This document shows positions 43,000 through 55,994 of a stretch of DNA of 64,000 nucleotides, piece after piece (position 1 is the stretch's first letter; every line of letters begins with the position of its first letter). The position numbers and the translations under genes were made by a program. The stretch lies in the NCBI RefSeq assembly GCF_009914755.1, contig NC_060930.1; one strand, written 5' to 3'. Origin of the DNA: the human T2T-CHM13v2.0 reference genome, Homo sapiens. The notes below the pieces were generated by a model. That model saw nothing but the letters and a program-made list of their open reading frames with translations, was not told where the DNA came from and ran no database searches.

Positions 43000-44590
43000 C
43001 TTTTATTAGTTATTTTATCTCTTTTTTACAAATTAAACAATAAAGTGTATATTCTTTGTTGTCTGGCTTTTACTCAAATAATGTTGGTTATACTTATGTA
43101 TATTATTTTGTGTAGTCATAGTTTGCATTCTTTGCTTTAGAGCATGGCATTATGTGAATATGCCCAACTTACTTATCCAATCTACTACTGGTTGTTGCTG
43201 GGTTATTTCCAGTTTGTTGCTTTTATAAACAGTGCTGCTATAAATTTTGTACTACATGTTTTTGGGTGTATTAACATACATATTTCTTTGGTGAGTATCC
43301 CAGGAATGGAATTGTTGGGACATGGGTTTACTTTCAGTCCATGTTGCTAGACAGTTTTCCAAAGTGGTTGTGCAAATTTATACCCCCACCAGCAGGATGG
43401 TAGGAGATTTCCAGTTATTTTACATCCTTCTTAAGACTTGGTATTTTCTACACTTTTTCATTTTACTAATTTTGGTATAGGTGTAGTGGAATCACATTGT
43501 GGTTTCAATTTGTATTTTCCTGTTGAGCACCATTTCATAGGTTAATTGATCATTTTGTATTTCCTTCTCTCTTAAGTGCTCAAGTGTTTTCTCCATTTTC
43601 TAATGGATTGTCTCTTGTCTCCTCACTAGTTTTAATAGTTTTTAAATATGTTTTTGATATGCCTTATTTCAGATATATTTATTACAAGTATCTTTTCTCC
43701 TCTGTAAATTCTATTTTACTCTCATAATGGCATCTTTTGACAGGAAAGAGGTCTTAAGTAGAATTTATCATTTATTCCTTTTTGTTTAGCATATTTCTAT
43801 CTCCTGTCTAAAAAATCCTTGCCTATTATTTTTTTAAAAAATTGTTTAAATTTTTTTTTTCTGGTGGAGGATGGTGGAGTCAATCTTTGACTATTGTAAC
43901 ATCATAAAATATGTTCTATATTCTTCTAAAAACTATACTGTTATAACTCTTATATGTAGCTGTATTTTTTTATATAGTGTGAGTTAGGGGTCAAGATATA
44001 ATGTCTTCCATATAGATATGGAAAAACTGTCATTTATTGAAAAGGGTACCTTTTCCCCTCTTCCCTACAGTTTTACCTTTGTCATAAAAAATGGTGAACG
44101 TGTGTGTGCATCTATTACTGGAGTTTCTCTTTCACTGGTCATAATTTTTATTCTTGTGCTATTACCACACTGTCTTAATTACTCTAACTTTATATTGGCC
44201 TTGATAACATCCAGGAACTGTATTTTAAGAGTAGCCTTGCATATTCTTATTCTTTTGCATTTCCATTTTGTCTTTAGAATCAGATTGTTAATTTTTTTAA
44301 CAAAATTGGGATTTTGATTGCTTTAAATCTACACATTAATGTAGGAGCACTGACATTTCACCAATATTGAATCTTCTAATCCATGAACATGGTGTGCCAT
44401 CCCATTAATTTAGGTATTGTTTAATTTCTCTCAATAAGATTTTGTAGTGTTCAGTGTAGAGATGTAATCTATCTTTCACCAGATATATTCCTACACTAAT
44501 TTTTAGAGATACATTATAAATGACAACATCTTAAAATACTGTTTTGTTGCTGCTACACTATTGATTTTTGAATATTGATGATATAACCAC
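43000..44590 (-). mobile_element. Old L1M ORF2/3' fragment
   Basis: acagtgctgctataaa, ggaatggaattgttggg, ttttccaaagtggttgt, ccaccagcag, aatattgaatcttctaatccatgaacatgg. Confidence 0.8.
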
Positions 44591-47310
44591 CTACCTTTTG
44601 AATTTTTTGCTGAAATGGATTATAAGTTAGTTCCCTTAGGTTGTACCAATTTATGTTTTTCCAGTCTCTTCTAAGTATGTGATTACAGCATTACAAATTA
44701 GGTTAGAAACTCTATCCTTTCCACAGTTAACACTGACAGTTTGATCAGTTTATGAATGAATGTCATCACTTCTCTCCCGTAGACGTGGCCATAAATGTAA
44801 GGTACCTGCAACAGGCTCCTCAGGAAAGAGAGGGTAATAGGTCAGAAATCTTCTCATAAAACAGTTTAATTTCCATAAAAGCAAAATGCTTGAATCATCT
44901 TCAGGTCCGTTCTATTTTTTTCCATTTCTCTCTATATCCTAGCATCCCAGTTATCATTCTGTCAAAAATTATTAGACTAGTAATACTCCATATGCAAACA
45001 ATAATAGTTTGTTACTTTTAAAGCAAAGAAATATTTAACTTCCATCTAACTTGGGGTTGGGATGAAAACAGTGATCATGCACCCTTGAAGGTCCTCAACT
45101 CATATCTTTTCTGTTTCGGTGACTTGGCTATTTCTCTAGGAACATGGTGGAGAAGAGTCTACTTATACTAGCAATGAGAGCAGAGAGAGAGGTTCCGGGG
45201 TCCAATGTGAAGTGAATTAAGATGAAATCAGTTAGACACAGGGTATTCCAGATATACAGTAGTAATGGTGAACTGTCGCCAACTTTAAGAATAATTCAAA
45301 ATGCTGGGAAAAGATGAATGTTGAAAATTGTATGTGTTACTCCTTTTTAATTTCTAGTTCTGATCTTATGCTTGAGAACTATAAAAATATTCAGAGCTAT
45401 TATTTCTACTTTGACTGTAAAATTTAAAGACATCCACCAATGAAGTCAGAGTTTCTCATTAGCAAAACATGGTACATTCTTATGCTACTTAGTTATGTCC
45501 ATCCTTAAGACACTTGATAGAATTTTAATCTCTCATTATAATGTCCTGTATCCCGAATTTAAGACTTATTATAAGAAGTAATAATAGCTAGATTCTCTTT
45601 GGACTCTGTGCTCTAATATATCAACTCATTCATTCTGGTTAATTCATTTGAATAGGTCCTTCACATTGAAATGTGAGTACCAGGAAAGCAAAGAAGCTAT
45701 AGAATATGGTCATAAGAATAGCAGTGATTACAATGAAAAGACAATTTGAGCTAAACTGTCTTCCTATCACAGAATTCAGCTGAAGAAAACTCATTTGAAT
45801 AAAACTGATATAGACACAGACTAGGATTAAATTTAATTTAATTCACATTAGTTTATAGATTATATTTTTAACTGACTGCTTTGTTACTAAAATAAAGTCT
45901 TAGCTTTGGCAAAAGTATTCTATATTAGAATATGAAATATATATCACAATATAAATGCACAGTTAAAGAAATAAAAACAACTCTAGTTATTTAATAAATT
46001 TGTCTTAACTCACATATTGCTCTGATACTTTTCATAATTGCAGACAGTACTGTAACCTGTTTGATTAAACGTGAAAGCAGAAGCATCTACCTTACGTTTT
46101 GTTCAAATTCAATTACCAACTCAACAAATATTTATTGTATCTAATATGACTCTCACTCTGTATTTGTCCCTGGCATATAGTGATGTATAAGACTATTAAA
46201 TCAGAGCTTCAAATTTGGCTAAATAATTTTTTTTTGTTTTAGTAAAATGTTTTATTTTCTATTATAAATATGATACTAACATGTAACAATGAACTCTGGC
46301 TTCTCCATACAAAATACAACTTTTTCTAAAATAAAGGGGATGTGAAAATAATTTCCAGAGAGAGAGTGAGTGAGAGAAACACACACTTTGTTCAAGGTAC
46401 TTTGTCCCAGACTACATTTGGAATGTTTTAAGTTTTCAAAAAAATGAGAAAAAAAGCAACAGACTGTTGCATATGGCCTGAACAGAAAATTTGTGTGGTA
46501 AAAGGACACACTGCAAACTGGAATGTCTTATGGAGGGACACCAGATTTTCCAGAGAACTAAGTTCTTTTCAGCAAAATTGATCTAAATACAAAGGATATT
46601 AGGAAAGCAAGGTTCTAGCAAGGTTCTAGCTCTTCAGTACTCACAACTGACACTGGAAAGGGGGTGGGGGTTGGGAGGCAGGGGAGGGTCTGACTGTAGG
46701 GCAGCTGAAACACAAGACTTGCCCATAGGAGTCATCCAGGACCAAGAAAGGTCCTTTCTAGACCCTTTTCATTCAGCCCAGGGATTCCTGGGCAGGGTTG
46801 TCCTTCTCACTGAAAGTGGCTTATGTACTGAAGATGCACCTCGTCTGATAGAAGGAAACCTTCACTGAAGCTAGCAAGGTGAGCCTTTCAAACTCCAGAG
46901 ACTCCTCTATAATATTCTCAGTGCTGTTTCTAACTCTGGCCATGCAATTTTTAATGTATAATTCATTTTTTTATATTGGGAAATACTTTACCTATCTACC
47001 TATATATCCACACACAAATTTATAAGAGTAAAGTGCACACATTTTAAATGTACAGTTGGACAGATTTTTACCTACATATGCACCTGTGAAATACTGAACC
47101 ACTCCTTCACCAGAAGGTTCCTTCATGCCTCTTCCCAGTCATATGATTATGCCATTTTGACTATTAAATGTTTCTTCAAAACGCCCTGTCAGAAAACTTT
47201 TTATTTTCATATTGAAAAATTTCACACCAAAGCTGACCATACTTGCATGTTAGTTTAAAATGTAGTCAGGCAATAAGTTGATGTTACTTTAACAAATGTG
47301 GTAGTTTTTC

Positions 47311-47517
<207 letters not shown>

Positions 47518-47801
47518 TTAGCTTTTCATATGTGGAAAAAATGCTAAAGGTTCAGAGAAGAAAATATATTAGACCAGGGCAGAAACATTAAAAAACAAGC
47601 GAACAAAAAACCCTTAGTTTCTCCCCTGTCCTAGCAATCTCGATCACGAAAATTTAGATTTGTTTTTATACATATTTCATTCATAACTGTCTAACATAAG
47701 TTATGTCCCTCTTAAGTACAAAATTATTAGCATAATGATAAGATAGTTAACACATGTACTGTTTATAATATGTTAAGCACTATTTAAGCACTTCATATAT
47801 A

Positions 47802-48096
47802 TTTTATTTTATTATTTTAGAGACAGGGTCTCACTCTGTCACCCAGGAGTACAGTGGCACGATCATAGCTCAACGTAAACTGGAACTTCTGGGCTTAAGC
47901 GATGCTCTCGCTTCAGCCTCCCAAGTACCTGGGACCACAGGTGAGCTCCATCAAGCCTGGCTAACATTTTTTTTTTTTTTAAATTTTCAGTAGAAACAGG
48001 GTCTTGCTATTTTGCCCAAGCTGATATCAAACTCTTGGCCTCAAGCTATCCTCCCACTTTGGCGTTGCAAAGTGCCAGGAGCCACCGTGTCTGGCC
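47802..48096 (-). mobile_element. AluJ inserted in a MIR (MIR about 47735-48270)
   Basis: Two-arm Alu; MIR-like sequence on both flanks (ttttaatcctcacaacaa...tgagg...atttgaactcag). Confidence 0.85.
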
Positions 48097-49876
48097 TATA
48101 TATGTTATTTTAATCCTCACAACAATAAGAAGGTGTAGGTACTCTATTATTTAATTTTTGGAATGAGGGTTTACATAAGTTTCTCAATACTAAAAAATTC
48201 CTAAGGGACACAGTCAATATTTGAACTCAGATAGTGTAAGGCCAGAGTCCTTTCTCTTACTCACTACACCACACCACACTGCATTCCTGAGATCCAGAAG
48301 TGTAGCAGAGCTGGATTATTAGACAAATAATGGACTATTTTTTACCACTTCAAAGTTTCTGTCAATTATTCTATGCCACATGGTAAGACTGTTTCCAGGA
48401 TCTCAATCCTCCTATAGTTTAAATATCATGTGATATTTGTCATTTTTTTAAATTTGTATCGAGAGAGCGATAAAAGGACACAAACATCTCAGGCAAGAGC
48501 AAATAATGAAATAACTGAATAAAAAAGTTATGTTAGGGTAATATATAGCTACCATTTCTCAGTTACAGAAACATAGCATGACATATCTAAAGAACTTCAG
48601 AGGTCAATGTGGGACACTTTTACAATTTTGGTTCTACTTTAAATCTGGAAAAACACAGGTGATATAGACCTAAATGCTTTCTTCTATTATCTTTTAAAAA
48701 TTTCAACTCTCGTTCCTGATCAGTAAGCTAAATTTTTAAAATAAAATCCTTATACATCGTATGTATCTGTGTATATTTTCTCTTTAAGAATTGCTTTTTT
48801 AAATAAAAACTACCAAAAGGAATCTTCATAAGTGAATTGAAAAAGTATATTTTTTTCTCTTCCATAAAGCTTCTTTATTATTCACAAGCGTCAAAGAGAA
48901 AGTCTTTCTTTATTGCCTTACAAATCAGGAGTAAAGCACAAATGCTGATTGAGCAGACTGATGATTAGATGGAGAAAACTGATGAAAGGAAAGATGCCAG
49001 TACAAACAGAATATGGCCATTCATTTTTACCCCAAATGAATCAACTACTGGACACAAATGTGGGTCTGCTACTAATTCCGGCAGCAAACCACCCCAAGAA
49101 CCAACCCTTTGAGGAGGCCCACGTCTGCATGCAGACAGCTTTTTCATGTTTCTCTTGCTAGAATACACCAAGTAGCAATTTATTCTTTGTTGGCACAATC
49201 AAGTAACTCTTAAATGAAGAATTAAAAACACAGAGAATGTAGGAGACTTTCCCCCACTTGGAACTCTAAATACTCATTCAAAGATGCAAATGTTTTCTCT
49301 TGTCAAAGAAACTAGGCAGCTAAGCCATAATATGCCAGGTCAGCAGGAATTGCCCTGGTTATGAGCTAGCCATCACAGATCTGGTTTCTCAGAATAAGTT
49401 TTAAAAAAAGTAAATGATCTTCAAGCTAACTGCACTACTGATGAAGATATGGACTAATCTCTATCCCTATAATCTTATGTAAACATGAATTAGCTTGGTT
49501 CTTTTTATGTTTGATTGTCTACAATGGAAAGTAATAGAGGTTTTTAAACAAGCAACTTGCTATTTTCATCTGCTATTGCTGACGCTTTCCTAAGATATTG
49601 GTTGATCAGCAGCACAAGATTTTTCAGACACTAAATGGCAGAAATAAGCCCTTCTAAGGTTTTCTAGATCTTTCCTGTTATCATAACAAGATTCCTTCAG
49701 TCAACTACTAGAGGATGGGAAGTAGCACCCCATTAGTTGTTAAAGACACCCACATGAGTCACAGAACTAACTATAACAGAAATGTCATATTTAGCCCTGA
49801 AGCAGGGAACAAAGTCCTTCCATTTTAGAAAGGGGGTGAGAGTAGTTAAAACAAGCAAAAAAAGCAAACCTCTTAC

Positions 49877-49913
49877 CTTTTGTAGCAATGCGTACGCACT
49901 GGGTTTTAGTTTC
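49877..49913 (-). CDS. PTPRK: PTPRK coding exon (probably exon 13, 37 nt)
   Basis: attgactcttttttttttcatttttactctatcag|GAA ACT AAA ACC CAG TGC GTA CGC ATT GCT ACA AAA G|gtaaga = ETKTQCVRIATK. The phase-0 start matches the preceding exon; ends in phase 1. Confidence 0.96.
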
Positions 49914-51820
49914 CTGATAGAGTAAAAATGAAAAAAAAAAGAGTCAATGTACAGATAATGTTTCCTGTTTCGTAAACTATAATTATTATGAAGATCCATC
50001 TGGGGTCATAAAAAGGGATTATAAACAACAGAATTTTAATATTAAGAAAACTTTAAAAAATATGCCCCCCTAGGGATACTTAAAAATCTAAAGTAAGAAC
50101 TTTGAAAAATATTTTAGTTTTTATAGAGATGTAAATATTTGTTTTTACCTTGCAATGAAACAGGTTAGTTTGTGACAAGTAGTATAGCATTCTATTTTCA
50201 TGTATAGTGCTTCGTAAACTATCAGAAAAATGTACTTGCAAAGCTAATAAAAACAGTTCCAAATATAAATTTAATTTTCATCTGAGAACTGTAGACTGAG
50301 ACCAAAGCTGAACATTACATACTTTCATCTGGATCCTAGCATGACTAAAAAGCTAAATGATAGCAGTTAGAAAGATCATCAAAACATTACATCATAGTTA
50401 TGGTGTAATTTATCTGTTCTTTCTTTCTTTTAATTTAGCTATTAGGAGTTAAATGTTTCTCAGCATACATAATTTTCCTCCTCTTGCTAGACAGAGCGGG
50501 TATACAAAGTAGAAGCAGTAGGAAAGGACAAGAAAAAATATGATTATTTTTAACGCTGTCAGGTGGCAGTAGGAGACACATGTCCCTGCCAGCTACTTTT
50601 GGCCCCACTCTTCCTCCTCTAGGACTTAATTGAGTCAGCGTACATCCCTGAATACACAAGAGGTGAGAAAAGGTATCAAAGCCAGTGAACAAACCAGAGG
50701 CGATCTGTTTGCAAGATGCATTTATAACTCTATCTTGAGTAGTTCTATATGTTGATAATTTATAAAAGAGTTTACAATTTCCACTTAAGCATTTTTTATT
50801 TTTTTATTTTTAAATTAAAATAAAGCAGTGAGGGGGGAATTAGTAATTAAAAATAAAATGTTGCACTTCTATTACTTGTGGCCTGAGACCTTCATGGTAA
50901 CCTGCAAGAGATTATTTCACATTCCCATAAAGGCCCCAAAGGATTTTCATTTCTTAAAAGCAATTGCTGTTTAACTTTCTAATGGCATTACCAATCTCTA
51001 CTTGTAGAAGTCACATCAACTTTAAAACTCTTTGCCAAGATAACTGTGAAATATATTGTTGCTATTCTGTACTTTGATTAAACCACAGTGCAGATATATT
51101 AACAATTGGAAGAGAAAATTCATATCAAAAAGCTTTAAAGAATGCAGAGAAAATCCTTTATAAGTAACAGACATTCATTAACACTCCTCTGGTATAATAG
51201 ACCAAATAACCAAAGTTAATTTGGAACCTCTCTAAAGATCAAAACCCTCACACAAAACTATGCTTCCTACTCAATGCTATATTATACCCAGAATGGACTA
51301 ATAACTTCCATAGTGTTCTGTTTTTATAGTAGCCCAGTTGTAACAGTGGTATGGAATGATATGTAGGCAGAAAGTGGACACTGGACTACTCTCTAAAGAC
51401 CTCAGTTCTTTAAAGGTAAACGAGAAGAGCATCTTCAACCATGAGCAGCCTCTGACTCTGGAGCACATCTTAGAAGATGCTGTGGCCTTTTTCTTTGCTA
51501 CCTACAAGCCAAGCATACAGGCAAGCAAACAACAAAGCTTTGATTCAAAAGCAGCCAATCAATACCCAAAGCTCTCACGGCCCCTGCAGAAATGCAAAAG
51601 GATTGTTATGTCTTCCAATTAAACTCTTCTAAGATATAATATGACTGATGTAATTGTATATCATGTATCACTCCCAGGTGCTCACCTTAGGGACTCAATT
51701 ACATAAACCCAGCAATTTCCTATACGGCTTCAAGTCTATTAAAATGTCATCATTCTATTGGATTTTAAATTGTGAAAATTTCTATCCTCAACATTTGTCT
51801 TCCCTCTATCTCTGTCTGCC

Positions 51821-51822
51821 AA

Positions 51823-51857
<35 letters not shown>

Positions 51858-51858
51858 A
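51821..51858. repeat. (AAAT)n microsatellite
   Basis: About 9 units. Confidence 0.9.
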
Positions 51859-52638
51859 AATAAGTTTTAGGAAAGAAAATCTTCCAAAGAGAACAGCATG
51901 AGGCATGAAAGGCCAGGTTGTTTTCTCACATACGGAACTGCCGGTCGTTTCTAATGTCCTGTTGTGTTTTCCTCTTCAATATTCATTTGGGATCAGCAGC
52001 AGTGTTCAAAAACAACTGTGTCCAAAATGGGAAAAGGAGGGGCAACCAGGGAAACAGAGAGCAGCCTTCTGTAATGGCTCAGCAGCCAGTCATCGCCAGG
52101 CTGCCTTTTGTTTAGGTTCAGTCAGATATACCACAGGCGCCCTATTACTTTGTAATCAGAGGATTGTTACATGTTATTTACTATTTGGCTTGAAAACCCT
52201 GAAAAGTTTATAAGGTTTTATTAGCCTGCTGTGGAACACGCATTCTGTTTATCCTGCAGTAAATTTAATCTCTTGAAGTGTGCCACCACTGAGCAAGGAA
52301 GACAGAACAATGCCTGATCGTTACTGAGGGTGGAGTCCCAGCAGCAGCACACCCACGTTTTCAAATCATTTTACTCTCAATTGCTATTGTGGGCTTTCCT
52401 GAGGAAGGCTCGAGTAGAAGCAGTTACTAGGAAACAGGAACCCTGTGAAATGGAACTGGCGTGCGGCCTCAGCCCTACTGTAGCCCCAAAACTGCGCACA
52501 CTGTTGAGAACAGAACCCCCTACATGCAAATTTTCTTTTTCTTTTTTTTTTTCTTGACGGATGCTACTGAGTATTCATAAAATTTGACTTCAGCTTTTCT
52601 TCAAAGCAGGGAAAAAGCAAATCCTGGAGGAAGCTCAC

Positions 52639-52912
52639 CTTCTCCACACTGCTCATCGCCTGGAAATAGATGTTGTATCCTTTGCGCGGAGCCAAAGGAG
52701 GGTTCCAAAAGCCTTGGTAGGTCCGATTGTCACCCACAGTGAACGGGGCAGGCTCAGGTAGGTTTCCCGGGGGTAGTTCTGCAGCAAAGTAATACGGTGC
52801 ACCCCCACTCATGGCATTTTGGTATGTGACAGGAACCTGGTAGCATTCCATGGCTCCGGCTTCTCTCTTGGTTCGGTGTGGGTGCAGTTCTTCCACAACA
52901 ATCTGATAAGCA
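52639..52912 (-). CDS. PTPRK: PTPRK coding exon (probably exon 12, 274 nt), FN3 domain 4 with furin site
   Basis: Acceptor ttttccccaaag|T and donor AAG|gtgagc. Encodes (S)AYQIVVEELHPHRTKREAGAMECYQVPVTYQNAMSGGAPYYFAAELPPGNLPEPAPFTVGDNRTYQGFWNPPLAPRKGYNIYFQAMSSVEK (1 nt + 91 codons), matching the PTPRK ectodomain. Core of ORF 52564..52956. Confidence 0.97.
52864..52875 (-). other. PTPRK: Codons for the proprotein-convertase (furin) cleavage motif RTKR
   Basis: CGA ACC AAG AGA = R-X-K-R; R2B-family RPTPs are cleaved here into E and P subunits. Confidence 0.9.
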
Positions 52913-54039
52913 CTTTGGGGAAAAGAAAAAAAGAACACACATATATATACACACATATTTAGAGGTTTAAGATACTAAGATTTTTTTTAAGGGGTTGACT
53001 ATTAACACACCACATTTCAAAGTATTTAAAGTTAGTCTTAACCTGGTACACTCTTTTCAGCTATTTCGCAATAAAATGAAAAATCCATATAGATGCTGCT
53101 GTCCCTAACATCACTGTAGTTACAAAGAAACTGATAAAAAGAAGAACAATCACCGTAGGACTTTCAACATTTTTAAATGTTGAGGAATGAGCCACCCTAA
53201 TAAGGATTCTGACATTAACCAAAGACACATCATAGATTCAGTTCTTTGTCTGATATTTTTAAATGTTTAAAGTTAACATTTTCCCTTGAAATGATATTAC
53301 AGAAAGTCCAGCTCCAAGGTCTAACAGAATGACTGCCTCAGGGCGGTGCTAGAAGCACCCATTTGTGGTTGTCACAGCCTCAGAGACAGAATGTACTGAC
53401 AGGCTTCTCCACCTCTTGACCTTGCCATGGCATCTACACTGGCTCAGAGCTATGTAGATCTAAAATACAAGTGACATGCGGCAATACGGGCACAGATGGA
53501 CAGAAATCTGTCCTCACAACCGAAATAGACCGCCTCCTTCTTCTGGAGTTGTTAATAATAAAATGTTACAAATTGTAGAAACAGATGGCATTTGGCCTAT
53601 TAAAGCTCTAACCTAAACCTTCTGATATCTTTAAGTCTTAAAACTTTTCTATAATTGCAATTACTTTACAAAGGAGAGAAAAAAACAAAAAGAAAAACAA
53701 GGCAAATTTAAAATAAAGATCCCCCGGATATCTAACAATATTTTTTAACAACTCTGAAGCTGGTATATTAACAATATTCTTTTTTAGTAGAAAATTCTTT
53801 AAGTTAAAATTTTTTCAGGTAAAATATTACCATGAAAGTTGACATTATTATTATAATATATTTTATACATTATAAATATATTTTAAAATGTTTTAAAATT
53901 CCTAAAAATTCTGGAAAAATATATGTGGTATCTTAGGTAAGTTGAACATAAATTGTATGCAGGGCTGCATATTGATATTCAATGGATCTCCAGGAGGAAC
54001 AGAATACATTCTTTAAAAGACTTCCATGAAAAAGAAAGA

Positions 54040-54114
54040 GGTGGGTAGGTAGAGGGGAGTGGGGAGGAGAGGGGGAGGGAGAAAGAGAGACAGAGAGAGA
54101 GAGGAGAGAGAGAG
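54040..54114. repeat. GA-rich polypurine tract
   Basis: gggtaggtagaggggagtggggaggagagggggagggagaaagagagacagagagag... Confidence 0.85.
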
Positions 54115-55413
54115 ATACACTGAACATGCATCTATGAAAATTAAAACAGTTTAGACTCTGGCATAAAATTCTAATTTAATATAAACTCTTATGCCTACAA
54201 ATAAAAGATCTTCATAGATTAAACAAAAGGACATCAAAAGAAAGAGTTAAATCATAATTTAATTGATAAATTACAGATTTTCTTTTCTTCCTAGTTATTT
54301 AAGCTCCCATTTTCCATTAAAATATTGCTAATAAATCAGTAGGTTCATATCCATCTTGTTTCCTCTAAAAAGATAACAGAACTTGTATTAATGTTAGAAA
54401 TTGTGATTTGAGCAAGCAAGGCAGAAGTCTATGTTATTTCAAATTATATGTGCTGCATCATTCCCTATACCTCTGCCAAGTTGGTTGCTAAGCTTCTAAG
54501 AATGCTACTGACAAGATGCATGGTCTCTGAGGCATCCATGGAGCAGGCATTTGTCAATTTTAAGATATAGAAAATACATACGCATAGCCCTGGAGAAAGA
54601 CGAGAATGATCATAGCTGACATATGCTATGTTTTATTTTAAATTTATAATTCATATTTGTATATTATACATTTGCATGTCCTGTGGATACATCCACATAT
54701 GCATATAAACTCCCTCATACATGCTCTCCAAACAAATGTAACCTTATATTCTTGCCCTAAAGAATAATAATAATTACCTATCCTTGTTAATCATTAATCT
54801 AATCCTTAAAAATAGATTCTTCATTAATTATCCCATACCTCTAGAAAAAAAAACACAAAATCTAGTGAACATTCAATCTTAACTAATTCTATTACATTGA
54901 CAGAGATTCTACATTACAAATTAAGGATACTTCATGCAAGACAGCTTGTCTATCCAGATCTGTGAGGAGCAAAGTAAATTGCCAGTGTTGGAGAAGAGTA
55001 AAGGAAGAAAAGGTGCAATAGGCTCTTTGGGAAAGAGCCTTAAGTATGGTCCCATAGAAAATAAAAATCAATGCCTTGGGTTGAACTTTCAGATTTGGCC
55101 CTACTCTCAATTAAAATGAAAGATAAATTATTTCAATTTTATAAGTTCTAAAATACAAGTAACATGCTTGTTTCATAAAGAATTAAGAAAATGATTTCCA
55201 CATAATTTATATACAAATATAAATTACAGTGCCATGCACTTTAATCTTATATATCTTTTCTCTACCAATATTATTCATTTATTCTTTGAATGGTCATTAC
55301 AGAAATGAAGTATTACATTTCTGTTACTATTGAAACTGAGGCAGAAGAATAGAGCTCCCCTTAAAACTTAAACCAGGAACCTCACTTTGTTCATTCTCTA
55401 CTTTATACTACAG

Positions 55414-55655
55414 TGTTACCAACTGAATATTTGTGCCCCCTCCCCCAAAATTCATGTTAAAACCCTAATTCTCAAAGTGATAGTATTTGGAGAGGGGGCC
55501 TTTGGAAAATAATTAGGTTTAGAAGAGGGGCCCTCACCAAGAACCAAATCCGAGAGCACCTGGATCTTGGACTTCCCAGTCTCCAGAACTGTGAGAAATA
55601 TTTCTTGTTTAAGCCACCTAGTATTTTGTAATAGCAGCCTGAGCAAACTAAGACA
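55414..55655 (+). mobile_element. MaLR solo LTR (MLT1A/MSTD-like), internally deleted
   Basis: tgtt...gaatatttgtgcccc...aaattcatgtt...atcttggacttcccagtctccagaactgtgagaaat...aactaagaca. Confidence 0.8.
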
Positions 55656-55920
55656 CATAAATACAAAAAGACTTCTGAGAACTGGCTTCCAAGCATACTT
55701 TCTAAAACATTCTTTGTGCAATGAGTAACATTAGATGGAAAGCTAGTTGGAGATAACCTGGTCACCGCACTCTATAACCCTCCCACTCTACCACCACTCA
55801 TACCAGGAGAAATGTCTTCATGATATAACATTCACCCCAGTTTCTAGATATTTTTAATCCCAAATATGTTTAACTCCAAAAGCTGATACAATAGCCATTA
55901 CATTTTCACATATTATACTT

Positions 55921-55994
55921 ACTTAAACGCCCATTATCCTATTTGAAACCACACTGGAATATGTGGTTTCAAATAGGATAATGGACGTTTAAGT
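55921..55994. repeat. Near-perfect inverted repeat (33-bp arms, 8-nt loop)
   Basis: acttaaacgcccattatcctatttgaaaccaca-ctggaata-tgtggtttcaaataggataatggacgtttaagt; one mismatch. Confidence 0.97.

Noticed and set aside
52564-52956. 130-aa ORF as a standalone gene
   Set aside because: Only 52639-52912 is exonic; the flanking residues translate the polypyrimidine tract and the intron beyond the donor.
55921-55994. MADE1/miR-548-type MITE as the origin of the hairpin
   Set aside because: Lacks the MADE1 terminal sequence (ttaggttggtgcaaaagtaattgc).
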